Of a stretch of DNA of 64,000 bases, positions 29,383 to 41,167 are shown in pieces (within the stretch, counting starts at the first letter, position 1; the number at the start of each line of letters is the position of its first letter). The position numbers and the translations under genes were made by a program. The notes beneath the pieces are model-generated. The model had not been told where the DNA came from, did no database searches, and saw nothing but the letters and a program-made list of their open reading frames with translations. Source of the stretch: Methanotrichaceae archaeon (GTDB lineage Archaea; Halobacteriota; Methanosarcinia; Methanotrichales; Methanotrichaceae); assembly GCA_963803145.1 (NCBI GenBank), contig CAWDLW010000008.1, positions 128,001 through 192,000 on the forward strand. Reading direction: 5' to 3'.

Positions 29383-32056
29383 ATGGAGAACGCCGCGGAT
29401 CACAAAGAGCTGTCTTCGTTCGCAGGGAGGGCAATGAAGGATAAAACCAAATCGGACCCTGACAACAACTTGTGCCAGCAGCCAGAGGATTATTTAATGA
29501 ATGGCAGAAATAATCCAGTCGGCTCTGAGGAGGAGGCGGCTAGCAAAGATGCCCTTGCGCTTGTTCACAAGCTGGAGGCACACCAGATTGAGCTTGAGAT
29601 GCAAAATGAGGAGCTGAGGCTGTCAAAGCTTGAGATGGAAAATGCGCTGGCAAAGTACTCAGATCTCTATGACTTCGCGCCTATCGGATTGTTCACCCTT
29701 GATGAGAATAGGCAAATCCTTGAGGTCAACATTGCTGGGGCGGAACTCCTAGGAATGAAAAGGGGCAGCCTATTGAACGGGCGTTTTGAATTATTTGTTG
29801 CACGGGAGGATCGTCAATCCTTTGTCGCTTTCTGTGAATCGGCGTTTGAGACCTCTGCCAGGCAAACCTGTGAGCTGAGTCTTCTCAGGGATGAAGTACC
29901 TGCAGTCTATGCCTGTATCGAAGGCATGGCCGCTGGATATAGCATGCCGGACGGAAGACAACTCAGGATCGCAGTTATGGATATCACTGAGCGCAAGCAA
30001 GCGGAAGATAGTTTGCGCCATGAGCGAGGAAAAGTTCCGGCTGGCATTTGAAAATGCACTTGTAGGAATAGCGCAGACAGATGCTGATAAACGGATATTG
30101 CAGATCAATCAGGAGTTCTGCCGGATGCTGGGCTATACGAAAGAAGAGCTTCTAGGCCGACGCATATTTGATTTTGTCCACCCTGACGATCTAGGTGCCT
30201 GTATCGTCGAGTCAAACCGTGTAAAAAACGGGGCGATCCCAAAGGTATCATTTCAAAAAAGGTATCTTCGCGGGGATGGAGCCCAGATTTGGGCCGATGT
30301 CGCAATTTCAGTGATCTTTCAAGACAAAAGCAAATCGCAGCTCAGTTTAGTTGTCGCCCGGGACATAACACAGCAGAAGATGGCCGAGGAGGCTCTTCAT
30401 GAGAGCGAAAAGAGGTTCCGGGATGCAATTGATAATTTTCCCAATGTCTTCGTAATCTACGATGAGGATAGAAGGGTTCGGTTTGTCAACTCCAAGGGCC
30501 TTCAGATATTAGGGCTCTCAGAGAAGGATGTAGCAGGACTGAAGGATGAGGAGATCTTCCCTCCGGAGATGATCGACTCATACCTTCCGGCACTTCTCCG
30601 CGCTGTTGAGACAAAGACGCCTCTGACTTTGGAGCGCACCAGGCCTAAAAGCATGGGCGGTCAGGTAATTATGATAAACATCATACCTTTGCTTGATGAG
30701 CACGGGATGGTTCGCAGAATCCTCGGCATAACCCACGATATCACCGAGCGCAAACTGGCGGAGGATGCGTTGAGACGAGCGAGGGACGAGCTGGAGCTGA
30801 GGGTTGACGAAAGGACAGCTGAGCTCATTAAGATCAACGAAGATCTGATAAAAGCGAAGGAAGCTGCAGAAGCTGCAGATGTAGCCAAATCTCAGTTCCT
30901 TGCTACAATGAGCCATGAGCTAAGGACACCCCTGAACGCTGTCATAGGCATGACATCCCTCCTTTTGAATGAGCGTCTGCCGCCTGAACAGATGGACTCC
31001 ATTGAGATAATCAGGACCAGTGGAGAAGCCCTCCTCGCCCTTATCAATAAAATTCTAGATTTCTCGAAGATGGAAAAGGGCAAAATGGATCTGGAGAGAC
31101 AGCCCTTTGAGCTGCGAAGGTGTATCGAGGAATCCGTCCAACTCCTTACGGGAGAGGCATCCAATAAAAATCTGAAGCTGGCTTACCTGATAGATGGAGA
31201 TGTTCCAAATATAGTCATAAGCGATCAAATGAGGCTACGCCAGGTGCTTGGAAACCTGCTCTCCAATGCTGTCAGGTTTACGGATAAAGGAGAGGTTACA
31301 ATTTCGGTCTCAAGCAGACAGAAGATGTGGGATCTTTATGAGTTTCACTTCTCAGTCCGTGATACGGGCATAGGCATCCCACATGATAAGGTGCATAAGC
31401 TCTTCAAGCCCTTCAGCCAGGTAGATGCATCTAACACACGCAAGTATGGCGGCACCGGCCTTGGTCTTGCTATCTGCAAGAACCTCGTCGAGATGATGGG
31501 CGGAAGGATCTGGGCGGAGAGCGAGACCGGGAAGGGATCGATCTTCCATTTTACGATTTTTGCTCAAGCCTTTCCAAACGGGAATTTTGTTACTCAAGGA
31601 TCTGAAATGCAAAATCTTGATTTGCAAAAGCCTGCACTACAGGAGGACGATCTCAAAAAAGATCTGGATAGGAATCTGCGCATACTGCTGGCAGAGGATA
31701 ATCTGCTGAACCAGAAGGTGACAATGAGAATGCTTAGTAAACTCGGCTATCCTGCAGATGCTGTGGCGGATGGACGGGAAGTTCTTTCGGCACTGGAGCG
31801 CCAGCCCTACGATGTTGTGTTCATGGATATGCAAATGCCTGAGATGGACGGCTTGGAGGCGACCAGAATCATCCGCCGGAAGTTGGGGATAGTGAAGCAG
31901 CCGAGGATAATAGCACTAACTGCACATGTCCTGGAGGGAGACAGGGAGCGGTGTATTGAATCCGGGATGGACGATTATATCGCCAAGCCCGTAAATATTG
32001 AGGCGCTGAAGGCGGCTCTAAAGCGCTGCCGGCAATCTGCTGACAGAGTGCTATAG
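29383..32056 (+). pseudogene. PAS hybrid histidine kinase split by a single-base frameshift near 30019
   Basis: ORF 29383..30051 ends DITERKQAEDSLR; removing one C in 'ttg cgc c atg agc' joins it to MSEEKFRLAFE...MSHELRTP...receiver. Confidence 0.8.
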
Positions 32057-32400
32057 AGTCAGGAAGTATATTATGCCAGGGATAGCGCCGTTCGTAAGGG
32101 AGGAAATTGATCGTTTTGATTGAATCCGCTTTATGTGGATTTTAATATAACAGAGATCGCCGAGGGAGCGAATTTATCTCGGCAGGCTGCGATTCCTATA
32201 GTAAAAAAATTTCTTAAGCCTTTTCCCCCAGGTGCCGCCTCTGAAAGAAGTTCTAGAGGATATGGAGAAATAATACGGATCTGAATCACGATTAATAGAT
32301 GATGGAACCTTAGGGGCAAAAATAATTATAGTAAGCCGTCACAGTATGATTAGATTTAAAGAGACAGCGGTAATATGCCAAGCTCGGCCTGCTGCCTAAA

Positions 32401-35400
32401 GTGGAACCCCACATGAGCCCAGATGATAAAGATTCAAAAGATGATGATTCTCTAGAAACATCAGAACCTCCACAAAAGGAGAGCGGATCCAGCGATAACG
32501 GACAAAAGAAGCCCCTCTACATCGTTGGGATGGGCGGCTCAGCCGGGGGATTAGAGGCATTCGAGGAGTTTTTCAAAAATACGCCTGAGGACACGGGACT
32601 TGCATTTGTGCTTGTGCCCCATCTTGATCCGACTCACAAGGGCCTCATGCCCGAACTGCTCCAGCGCTTCACGCCAATGAAGGTAGTGCAGGTAGAGGAC
32701 GGGATGAGGGTTGAACCTGATCACGTCTACATAATCCCGCCGAACAAAGATATGGCAATCATGCATGGGATCTTGCAGCTGCTCGAGCCCGCCATGCCTA
32801 GGGGGCTTCGAATGCCGATCGACTCCTTCCTCCGGCACCTGGCCCAGGATCAGGGAGAAAAGAGCATTGCCATTATACTTTCAGGAATGGGAACCGACGG
32901 AACTTTAGGTATCAAAGCCATCAAAGAGAAGCTCGGGACTGTGATGGTCCAGGATCCAGAGTCCGCCAAGTACAATGGAATGCCCCAGAGCGCTGTCTCC
33001 ACCGGTCTCGTGGATTACATCGCACCTGCGTATGAGCTGCCTGATAGGCTGACAAAGCATGCGAACCAATACTATCAGATGAGAGAGGTGCCTCCTGCCG
33101 AAAAGAAGGTGGCGCTCGGAGCGCTTCAAAAGATCTTTTCGCTCATCCGGGCTCAGACAGGAAACGACTTCAGCCTTTATAAAAAGAGCACAGTTCGCCG
33201 TCGAATCGAGCGGAGGATGAGCGTTCACCAGATCATCGATATAAATACTTACGTCCGATTCCTTCAGGAAAATCCCCAGGAGATCGATCTGCTCTTCAGA
33301 GAGCTCTTGATCGGAGTCACGAGCTTTTTCAGGGATCCTGAGGCATTTGATGCCCTGAAAAAGGGTGCCTTTCCTGAAATGATGAAGTACAAGCAGTCGG
33401 AAGAACCCATTCGAGTCTGGGTGGTCGGATGCTCGACAGGAGAGGAGGCATATTCCATTGCAATCCTCCTCAAAGAGTATCTATCGGAGATAAAAACGAA
33501 GAACAACTTCAAGATCCAGGTATATGCTACGGACCTGGATAAAGGGGCAATTGATGTAGCTCGCCAGGGCGTTTATCCTGCCAACATTGCCCAAGATGTA
33601 ACATCGACGCGTCTGGAGAGATTCTTTATAAAAGAGGATGACCGCTACCGCGTCAAGAAGGAAATCAGAGAGATGATTGTATTTGCGGTCCAAAATGTTC
33701 TCGTCGATCCGCCTTTCACAAAGCTGAATATCCTGAGCTGCCGAAATCTCCTCATCTACCTGAGCTCAGAGCTCCAGAAGAAGATGATGCCTCTTTTCAA
33801 TTATTCCCTCAATCCCGGAGGCATTCTGTTTCTGGGATCATCAGAGTCTGTAGGCAACTTCACAGACCTTTTCGAGCCACTGGATAACAAATGGAAGATA
33901 TTCGAGCGCAGGGAAACACCCCTCTCCCGAAGACCACAGATTACTGATTTCCCGATATTGCCGATACCCTATGAGCCCAGGATAAAGGATGGAAAGGAAG
34001 AGAAAAAATATTCCGAGTCCAAAATTGTAAATGAAGTCCAGAAGATCATAATTCAGACAATCGTACCGCCTGTTGCGATCATAAATGATCGCGGCGATAT
34101 TATATACACCACGCGTCGAACGGGTAAATACCTTGAGCCGTCTGTTGGAAAAGCGAACCTGAACATATACGCAATGGCCCGCGAGGGACTCCGGGCGGAG
34201 CTCGGTATTGCCATCAGAAAAGCGACTACAGATAGGCAAAAGGTGATCCTGAAGGGGCTACGGGTCAGAACGAACGGCACAGATCAGACGATAAACCTGA
34301 AGGTCACGCCCTTGAATGAGCCTGATGTCATGAGTGGGCTCCTCATGATCGAGTTCGAGGATGTAGAGCTGCCATCCCGGGAGCCAAAAACATCCGGGGA
34401 AGAACCAGGATCTGCCACACAGCCGGAGCCGGAGAGCACCAACAAGGCGCTCGAAAAGGAGCTTCAAAGCACCAAGGAGCATCTTCAGACGGTCATCGAG
34501 GAGATGGAAACATCACAGGAGGAGCTGAAGTCGGCAAACGAGGAGCTGCAGTCGACAAATGAGGAGCTTCAATCTACAAACGAGGAGGTTGTGACCTCCA
34601 AAGAGGAACTGCAGTCGCTCAATGAGGAGCTGACAACCTTAAACTCCGAGCTCCAGTCAAAGAATGATGAGCTCACTTTAGCCAACAACGACATGACGAA
34701 CATCCTCAACAGCACTCAAGTCCCCACCATATTTGTAGATAATAACCTGAATATCAAGAGGTTCACACCTCAGGCTAGTAAGATCATCAGCCTGATACCA
34801 AGCGATACAGGCCGTCCGATAACCGACATCTCAAACAATCTGAAATATGAAGGTCTGGAAGACGATGTAAATGATGTGCTTTCGAGTCTGGTGCCCAAGG
34901 TGGTTCAGGTAGAGACAAAGAGCGGGGGCTGGTATCGGATGCATATCGTGCCCTATCGGACGACTGAAAATGTCATCGATGGCGTTGTGATCACATTCCT
35001 GGATATCACAGAATCGAGAAGGGCAACGGAGGGCCTGAAGGAGCGCAGTGAGCTTGCAGAGGGAATTATCCGCACGATCAGAGAACCGCTGATAATTCTG
35101 GATGGCGAGCTAAAGGTTATTTCAACCAATCCGTTCTTCTATAAGGTATTCAAAGTGGCGCCCCAGGAGACCGTTGGGAAACTTTTTTATAATCTTGGAA
35201 ATGGACAGTGGGATATCCCTGAGCTCCGGAAGCTTCTGGAGGATATCCTTCCAAAGAACACGAAGGTTGAGGATCTCCTGGTCGAGCACGACTTTCCAAG
35301 GGTTGGTCACAAAAAGATGCTGCTTAACGCTCGAAGAATAGTGTTTGATGAAAAACAAAAGCAGCTGATCCTCCTTGCCATAGAGGATGTTACGGATAGA

Positions 35401-35436
35401 AAAGAGCTTGTTCCTCAACCTGGGGGGGGGGGGTGA
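32401..35436 (+). CDS. CheB methylesterase-CheR methyltransferase fusion with coiled coil and PAS domains
   Basis: CheB triad GGSAGG, VPHL and SGMGTDG; CheR motifs [17 protein letters not shown] and SCRNLLIY; (EELQS[TA]N)n heptads. Confidence 0.95.
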   Translation: MEPHMSPDDKDSKDDDSLETSEPPQKESGSSDNGQKKPLYIVGMGGSAGGLEAFEEFFKNTPEDTGLAFVLVPHLDPTHKGLMPELLQRFTPMKVVQVEDGMRVEPDHVYIIPPNKDMAIMHGILQLLEPAMPRGLRMPIDSFLRHLAQDQGEKSIAIILSGMGTDGTLGIKAIKEKLGTVMVQDPESAKYNGMPQSAVSTGLVDYIAPAYELPDRLTKHANQYYQMREVPPAEKKVALGALQKIFSLIRAQTGNDFSLYKKSTVRRRIERRMSVHQIIDINTYVRFLQENPQEIDLLFRELLIGVTSFFRDPEAFDALKKGAFPEMMKYKQSEEPIRVWVVGCSTGEEAYSIAILLKEYLSEIKTKNNFKIQVYATDLDKGAIDVARQGVYPANIAQDVTSTRLERFFIKEDDRYRVKKEIREMIVFAVQNVLVDPPFTKLNILSCRNLLIYLSSELQKKMMPLFNYSLNPGGILFLGSSESVGNFTDLFEPLDNKWKIFERRETPLSRRPQITDFPILPIPYEPRIKDGKEEKKYSESKIVNEVQKIIIQTIVPPVAIINDRGDIIYTTRRTGKYLEPSVGKANLNIYAMAREGLRAELGIAIRKATTDRQKVILKGLRVRTNGTDQTINLKVTPLNEPDVMSGLLMIEFEDVELPSREPKTSGEEPGSATQPEPESTNKALEKELQSTKEHLQTVIEEMETSQEELKSANEELQSTNEELQSTNEEVVTSKEELQSLNEELTTLNSELQSKNDELTLANNDMTNILNSTQVPTIFVDNNLNIKRFTPQASKIISLIPSDTGRPITDISNNLKYEGLEDDVNDVLSSLVPKVVQVETKSGGWYRMHIVPYRTTENVIDGVVITFLDITESRRATEGLKERSELAEGIIRTIREPLIILDGELKVISTNPFFYKVFKVAPQETVGKLFYNLGNGQWDIPELRKLLEDILPKNTKVEDLLVEHDFPRVGHKKMLLNARRIVFDEKQKQLILLAIEDVTDRKELVPQPGGGG
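35422..35433 (+). repeat. G12 homopolymer at the cheBR stop, overlapping the downstream SD
   Basis: cct-GGGGGGGGGGGG-tga-agaagc-atg. Confidence 0.9.
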
Positions 35437-35442
35437 AGAAGC

Positions 35443-37578
35443 ATGAAGCCAGATCCGAAGGATGATTTACGCCGAAAAGCAGAGGATCTTTTGAATGAGA
35501 GAACCGATCAGGTCGGTTCCAAAGAAATGAATGAAGAAGATTCTCTGGCGCTGATCCATGAATTGCAGGTCCATCAGATTGAGCTGGAGATGCAGAATGA
35601 GGAGCTTCGGAAGGTGCAGGCAGAACTTGCAGTATCCGAGAGTAAGTATCGGGATCTCTACGAGTTCGCACCTATCGGCTATTTAACCCTGGACGGTTCC
35701 GGTAAGATTCTGGAGGCAAATCTCGCAAGTGCCTCTCTCTTGGGAACTGAACGGATATATATGGTGAATAACAGATTTCAGGCATACTTAGACAGGAATT
35801 ATATCCAGAAGTTCGATGCCTTCTGCAGTCGTGTTTTGGCCTCGGGCGAAAAGCAGGCCGCTGAGTTCGAGCTGAAATACACCGTAAGGGACCAGGAAGT
35901 CCATCGTTGGGTGTTAATTGAGGCTCAGGCGATACAGGGGGACATCTGCCAGATCTTCCAGATGGCAGTTATCGATATCACAGAGCGCAAGCTGATGGAG
36001 AAGGAGCTTATGGCAGCCAAGGATGCCGCTGAAGAGGCTGTCAGAGCAAAGGCAGCATTCCTGGCCAACATGTCTCACGAGATCAGGACGCCCATGAACT
36101 CTGTGATCGGCTTCACCAGTATACTGCTTGAGGAGCCTCTGACGCCCGAGCACAGAGACTGGATTGATAGCATAAGGATCAACGGCGAGGCACTCCTGGC
36201 CCTAATTAACGATATTCTTGACTTCTCGAAGCTGGAGAAGGAGAAGACTGAGCTTGAGCTTCATCCCTTCGACCTGCGCCAGCGCATTGAGGAGTCCCTG
36301 GATCTGGTATCTACAAAGGCGGCCGAGAAGGGGCTCGATCTGGCATATACGATCGACAGCAATATTCCCGAGACGATCATCACAGATTCAGGGAGGCTCC
36401 GTCAGGTGCTTGCCAACCTGCTCAGCAATGCAGTCAAATTCACAGATGCCGGGGAGGTCATTATTTCTGTCTCTTCGAAGCCCGGAGAGGAAGACCATGA
36501 AATTCATTTTGCTGTTAAGGACACCGGCATAGGCATGCCCCAGAGCCAGATGAGCAAGCTCTTCCAGCCCTTCAGCCAGATCAATACCTCGATCTCAAGG
36601 CCTAATGAGGGCACGGGGCTTGGTCTTGCTATCAGTAAAAAACTTGTTGAGCTTATGGGCGGCAGAATTTGGGTTGAGAGCGAGACGGGCAAAGGCTCGA
36701 CATTCCATTTCACGATCAAGGCAAAAGCCGTGCCTGAAGATAAGGCCGGAAAGCTTCCTGCTGGGAATCAGCCCGAGCTAGCTAATAAAAGCGTGTTAAT
36801 CGTGGATGATAACAAAAACATCAGAAGAATCCTGGCCCAACAGATTCACTCATGGGGCATGATACCCATCATCGCTTCATCAGGCTACGAGGCCCTCGAC
36901 CGGGCTCAAAAGGGTATCATTCTGGACGCTGCAATCCTGGATGTTAGTATGCCTGATATGGATGGCATAACCCTGGCAGAGGCGATCAGGAAATATAGAA
37001 AAGATCTGCCACTGGTTATGCTTACATCTGTAGGACAGCATATTCCTCCGGATCTCTCTGCCGTCAGTCTGGCGAAGCCGATCAAGCCAATGCATCTGTA
37101 CGATACCCTCACCGGTTTATTTGAGGGACGGCCCCTGCAGATGCAAGAACATATCCAAGCAGTGAATTCAGCCAGCATTACCCCTCTTCGAATACTTCTG
37201 GCAGAGGATAACGTATCGAGCCAGAAGATAACTCAAGGGATGCTAAAGAAGCTTGGCTGCAGGGCGGATGTCGTTTCCAATGGCATAGAGGTTATTCAAG
37301 CACTGGAACGCCAGCCATATGACGTCGTGTTAATGGATTTAAGGATGCCTGAGATGGACGGCTTCACTGCCACAAAGGAGATTCGCGAGCATTGGCCAAA
37401 TAATGGGCCAAGAATCATCGCTATTACAGCCTACGCTCTGGATGGCTTTCGGGAGAAGTGCACCGAAGCCGGCATGGATGACTATATCGCAAAGCCTGTG
37501 AAGATGGAGGAGCTGAGGGAGGCGCTGGCAGGCATCAGCCCACGCTTGGGTGAGGGCGGAAAGGGAGATGGAACTTAA
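35443..37578 (+). CDS. PAS hybrid histidine kinase with two receiver domains
   Basis: LIHELQVHQIELEMQNEEL, MSHEIRTP, LDVSMPDMDG and MDLRMPEMDG. Confidence 0.95.
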   Translation: MKPDPKDDLRRKAEDLLNERTDQVGSKEMNEEDSLALIHELQVHQIELEMQNEELRKVQAELAVSESKYRDLYEFAPIGYLTLDGSGKILEANLASASLLGTERIYMVNNRFQAYLDRNYIQKFDAFCSRVLASGEKQAAEFELKYTVRDQEVHRWVLIEAQAIQGDICQIFQMAVIDITERKLMEKELMAAKDAAEEAVRAKAAFLANMSHEIRTPMNSVIGFTSILLEEPLTPEHRDWIDSIRINGEALLALINDILDFSKLEKEKTELELHPFDLRQRIEESLDLVSTKAAEKGLDLAYTIDSNIPETIITDSGRLRQVLANLLSNAVKFTDAGEVIISVSSKPGEEDHEIHFAVKDTGIGMPQSQMSKLFQPFSQINTSISRPNEGTGLGLAISKKLVELMGGRIWVESETGKGSTFHFTIKAKAVPEDKAGKLPAGNQPELANKSVLIVDDNKNIRRILAQQIHSWGMIPIIASSGYEALDRAQKGIILDAAILDVSMPDMDGITLAEAIRKYRKDLPLVMLTSVGQHIPPDLSAVSLAKPIKPMHLYDTLTGLFEGRPLQMQEHIQAVNSASITPLRILLAEDNVSSQKITQGMLKKLGCRADVVSNGIEVIQALERQPYDVVLMDLRMPEMDGFTATKEIREHWPNNGPRIIAITAYALDGFREKCTEAGMDDYIAKPVKMEELREALAGISPRLGEGGKGDGT

Positions 37579-37618
37579 AATATCTTAAAGCTAAGAAGTT
37601 ACCGGAAAAGAGATCAAA

Positions 37619-37918
37619 TTAAATCTCCATTCGCTTGAACTCTTCAAGTTCTTCGGGCGTCATCATCTCCCACCACTTGAGTGGCTCGACGAGCAGCACG
37701 CCTCTTCCTCCACGCATCTCTCTTTTGACCCTTATCATCTTATCTTTTTCCAGCCGTATTACCGCACTGTGGGTTCTGCCGTGTGTCCAGCCTGCAAGCT
37801 TCGCCAGCTCATATACGCTTACGCCTGGGTGATCGCTGATAATTTCATAAAGTTCATAATCAGTATCTTCACCCAGCTCACGGCGTGCCTGGGATGCTCT
37901 AGCTGTTTTGCTTTGCAT
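37619..37918 (-). CDS. Small winged-helix DNA-binding protein
   Basis: HPGVSVYELAKLAGWTHGRTHSAVIRLEK. Confidence 0.75.
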   Translation of the reverse strand: MQSKTARASQARRELGEDTDYELYEIISDHPGVSVYELAKLAGWTHGRTHSAVIRLEKDKMIRVKREMRGGRGVLLVEPLKWWEMMTPEELEEFKRMEI

Positions 37919-38032
37919 GCTCTCTTATCTGTATGCCATACTTAAAAACGTTTCGGGATATCCTATATATAGATAAAATATCCTAACTCACCAATCAAAG
38001 CTTTTATATTGATATAGGATATCCTAATTACT

Positions 38033-38284
38033 GTGCTGAGAGACTTCGAGCGCCAAGTTCTAGCGGAGATCTGCAAGGCGAACAATATGAGCAAGTCATC
38101 GCATGTACCAGAGCATGCATTCGTAAATAGGTTCCCAAATGCAAAGCATGCTAAGAAGGCACTGAACAAGCTCGTGACGCGAGGGTATGTTGCGAGGCAT
38201 CCAACCGGCAGCGAGATGACATATCAAATGACTCAACTGGGGTGGGAGGAATGCAAGAGGATGAAGGCCGAGATTCCAAAATAG
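38033..38284 (+). CDS. Small basic winged-helix-like protein
   Basis: KKALNKLVTRGYV...TYQMTQLG. Confidence 0.6.
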   Translation: MLRDFERQVLAEICKANNMSKSSHVPEHAFVNRFPNAKHAKKALNKLVTRGYVARHPTGSEMTYQMTQLGWEECKRMKAEIPK

Positions 38285-38309
38285 GGACTTCCGAACGTTA
38301 TCAATTATA

Positions 38310-39590
38310 TCATTGCATCCCAGACCCTATATGCTCCACCATCTGGGTTATCCTGAAAGATCCATCAAGGATTTGCAATTTGAGCGCTTCTGCTAGCTTA
38401 ATCGCCCTAGCTCTATCGGACTCACGGAGAAGAATCGGAATTTTCTTGCCTTCAAAGTTGATAGCGCCCAGATTGCCTTTAAAGGCTCCGCCGATACATT
38501 GCGAAACGCAGAGGCCGCAGTTGAAGCATCTCTCTTTATTTCGCATGACCCGGCCTTTCTCAAAGGTTATCGCTCTCATAGGACAGACAGGTTCCACAGT
38601 ACAGCTCTTACAGTTGATACATTTGGATGGATCGAACCCTATCTCCAAATCTGCTCCACCCCATACATCCTCATAGTTTGTCTTGCAGACCGTCTGCCGT
38701 ATATTTACATCCATGATTGGTAGAGATATATCTCTGTCAAGCTTCTTTATGTTCTCCAGGATGGATTCGTTCAATACAGGGATAGGCACAGCCCAGGAGC
38801 CGATGCACTCCGGCCCCGCCGACGTCACAAAGCCTCCCATGTACTCCGGGTCCATATGATGCATATCTGCAAGCCCCAGGAGATTGGGCCTCGATGTCAT
38901 GCTGCGTGTGCCGGTGCCTACTACAAACCCCTGAGCACCGTTTAGGAGAACACGTGTGCCTACCCCTATTGTTTCCAGATATGGATCGTTTTTGACAGGA
39001 TTAAGTTGACCGCATCCCGAAACGGTGGCACAAGTCAAGCCTGGAGGGAAATCCATAGCGTTGAAGATTGTTGAAACTCGGGAGCTTCCAGGGTTGACGA
39101 AAGCTACATAGTTCTTGAAAGCATTGCGTGTAGAGAAGATGCGAGCATAGGGGATATCTTTTAACTTTATAACCTTTTCAAAAGAATTGCCTTCACCGGT
39201 CTCAGCCTTGGCTTGAACTTCCTTGCCTTCAACAAGATCTCTGAATAGGTGACCGCCACCATAATCTGGCTTCTCTTTACTGTGTGATGTACCAAAGACC
39301 ATCAGATCGATGATGCCAAGACGCTCGTTAGGGCATGGCCCAACGCTTGCAGGAACGCCATTGACGAGTGCATGCTCTGCACGGACAAATGAACAAGGTT
39401 CGGCCATGGGGAACGATAGCACAGCATAGGTACCGCTCATGATGGCTCGTGTTGCAGTGGTGACTACATCTACATCTTTAAGGTCAAGACTTTCGCCGCT
39501 CTTTACAATATCGCAGACTTCTTGAGCAGTCAATACAACTGCATCTCTACGCTCTATTTTCTCATTTATCTCTGCAATCGTTCGTCTCAC
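38310..39590 (-). CDS. Methanogenesis marker 16 metalloprotein (DUF39 plus ferredoxin)
   Basis: RTIAEINEKI, DVVTTAT..MSGT, GPCPNERLG and two CxxCxxC motifs; likely start is GTG at 39590. Confidence 0.85.
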   Translation of the reverse strand: MRRTIAEINEKIERRDAVVLTAQEVCDIVKSGESLDLKDVDVVTTATRAIMSGTYAVLSFPMAEPCSFVRAEHALVNGVPASVGPCPNERLGIIDLMVFGTSHSKEKPDYGGGHLFRDLVEGKEVQAKAETGEGNSFEKVIKLKDIPYARIFSTRNAFKNYVAFVNPGSSRVSTIFNAMDFPPGLTCATVSGCGQLNPVKNDPYLETIGVGTRVLLNGAQGFVVGTGTRSMTSRPNLLGLADMHHMDPEYMGGFVTSAGPECIGSWAVPIPVLNESILENIKKLDRDISLPIMDVNIRQTVCKTNYEDVWGGADLEIGFDPSKCINCKSCTVEPVCPMRAITFEKGRVMRNKERCFNCGLCVSQCIGGAFKGNLGAINFEGKKIPILLRESDRARAIKLAEALKLQILDGSFRITQMVEHIGSGMQ

Positions 39591-39862
39591 GATTATTGTC
39601 CTCTTGGAACCTACGCTAAGAATTAAACCAATATATATTGGAAGATTCCGATTGATTTTCCATCTTCGTAGTGAGCACCCAAGCTCCAATCCAAGATATC
39701 TGAGCATAGATTGCAATTTGAACCTATACTTTTTTTGGGGCTGCTACTAACGATCATTATAGCGCGCTTAGTCTCCGTGCAGTCATGAAAAATGTAATCA
39801 GGCTTATAATGCCCTCACACCACAGCTTCCCCGAAAAATCAAATTTAAAAGAAAGCGGCGCA

Positions 39863-40270
39863 TCATCGAGCGTCGCAATACCTGACCTCTTCCACATCCA
39901 GTCTGAGCGGAGCTCCGATCTCTCCAACCTCCGGCACTGCAGCCCGTTTGACGCGCCCGATTCCAACTAAGTGTAGCTGCACCCTGGCCGCCTGTGCCTC
40001 CCTCTCCTCGTAGTAGTCTTCGCTCGACTGTATAACGCGGTGAGTTACCACCTGAAGCGCCTGCACATCCGTAATCAAGCCGCTTGTGCCGCTTATAACA
40101 TCTGTTGGGCTTGATTCTGTCAGGAAGATCTTATCTCCCGGCTGGATGTTAAGGAGTGCAAAGAAGTTGTTCGGGCTTCTGATCTCCACAGTTCTGACCC
40201 TGGCTGCAAGAATCTCCTTCATCACATGCCTAGCTATCCCAGTTAATGCGGTGTAGATCATCACAATCAC
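39863..40270 (-). CDS. DUF473 protein
   Basis: ALTGIA...RTVEIRSPNNF...GDKIFLT. Confidence 0.8.
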   Translation of the reverse strand: MIVMIYTALTGIARHVMKEILAARVRTVEIRSPNNFFALLNIQPGDKIFLTESSPTDVISGTSGLITDVQALQVVTHRVIQSSEDYYEEREAQAARVQLHLVGIGRVKRAAVPEVGEIGAPLRLDVEEVRYCDAR

Positions 40271-41022
40271 CCGTACATCGGGAACTCCTTCGGAAGCTGC
40301 TGCTGCTCCTCCCCAGGTGTCGCAGCCTTGAGCTGCTGTGAAAGCTGCCGCATCTGAGTCTCAATCTGCTCAGTCTGCTCCTCGAGCTTCTTGGTGCTGA
40401 CTCCGAGATCGTATACTTTATTCAAGGTTTCAATGGCCGCAATCGCCGCCCTCGGATCGGGATCGGCGCTGGCCGTCTCTCCAAGGAAGCATATGGCAGG
40501 CAAATTTTTTATTTTACATTCGTTCATTATGCTTCCTGTTATGCCAGTTATTGTGCCGAGCTCGAATACCTCAGCCATTCCCTTGATCTTATCGAGAAGC
40601 TCTTTCTTGCTCACAGCTGCAAAGACCCTGTGCTGCTCGCTCATCACAGTTATCCCTGCGAGACACACCATCTCTTTCGCGTTTATTGACTCGGCCCAGG
40701 ACACGATCTCCTTCCCTATATCGTATGAGGCCAGTGGATGGACAGGAATGTCTGCGGTCAGAACTACCAAGTTCTTCTCAACATCCTCGTATATTCTTAC
40801 AGGCATATTCACGATCCCGCCAAGCAAGACCGCAAGCGGCGGGAAGAACCTTGAGTTCATCGCCCCGAGGTATGTCATCTTACGTTCATTTACTATATAC
40901 TGACTTGCGATGTTTCCTACCAGGCCGATTCCGGGGAAACCTTCGATCACAACAGGGTTTTTTATCGATGGTTCCTTTTCAAGAATGACCTGGACAATAT
41001 CCTTATCCATATCCTTGTCCAT
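40267..41022 (-). CDS. PAC2-family proteasome assembly chaperone
   Basis: IEGFPGIGLVGNIA, PDPRAA and C-terminal MYG (HbYX). Confidence 0.92.
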   Translation of the reverse strand: MDKDMDKDIVQVILEKEPSIKNPVVIEGFPGIGLVGNIASQYIVNERKMTYLGAMNSRFFPPLAVLLGGIVNMPVRIYEDVEKNLVVLTADIPVHPLASYDIGKEIVSWAESINAKEMVCLAGITVMSEQHRVFAAVSKKELLDKIKGMAEVFELGTITGITGSIMNECKIKNLPAICFLGETASADPDPRAAIAAIETLNKVYDLGVSTKKLEEQTEQIETQMRQLSQQLKAATPGEEQQQLPKEFPMYG

Positions 41023-41167
41023 GAAAAAATATAGGCTTTTATGTGAGATAAGAGCATCGCTCTAGACCAAGATATCCATCAGTGCGTGCTAATTTCAATG
41101 CAAAAAGTTTATGAGCACTACGCGTTAGAAATGATCATCGATACGATCATAAATTCTGGGATCGAAA

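Noticed and set aside
35434-35436. Selenocysteine readthrough of the in-frame TGA fusing cheBR to the kinase
   Set aside because: The TGA is part of a normal GGTGA SD, it is not at a catalytic position, and Sec is not expected in this lineage.
39591-39716. N-terminal extension of marker 16
   Set aside because: Family similarity begins at GTG 39590; the upstream sequence looks like a promoter.
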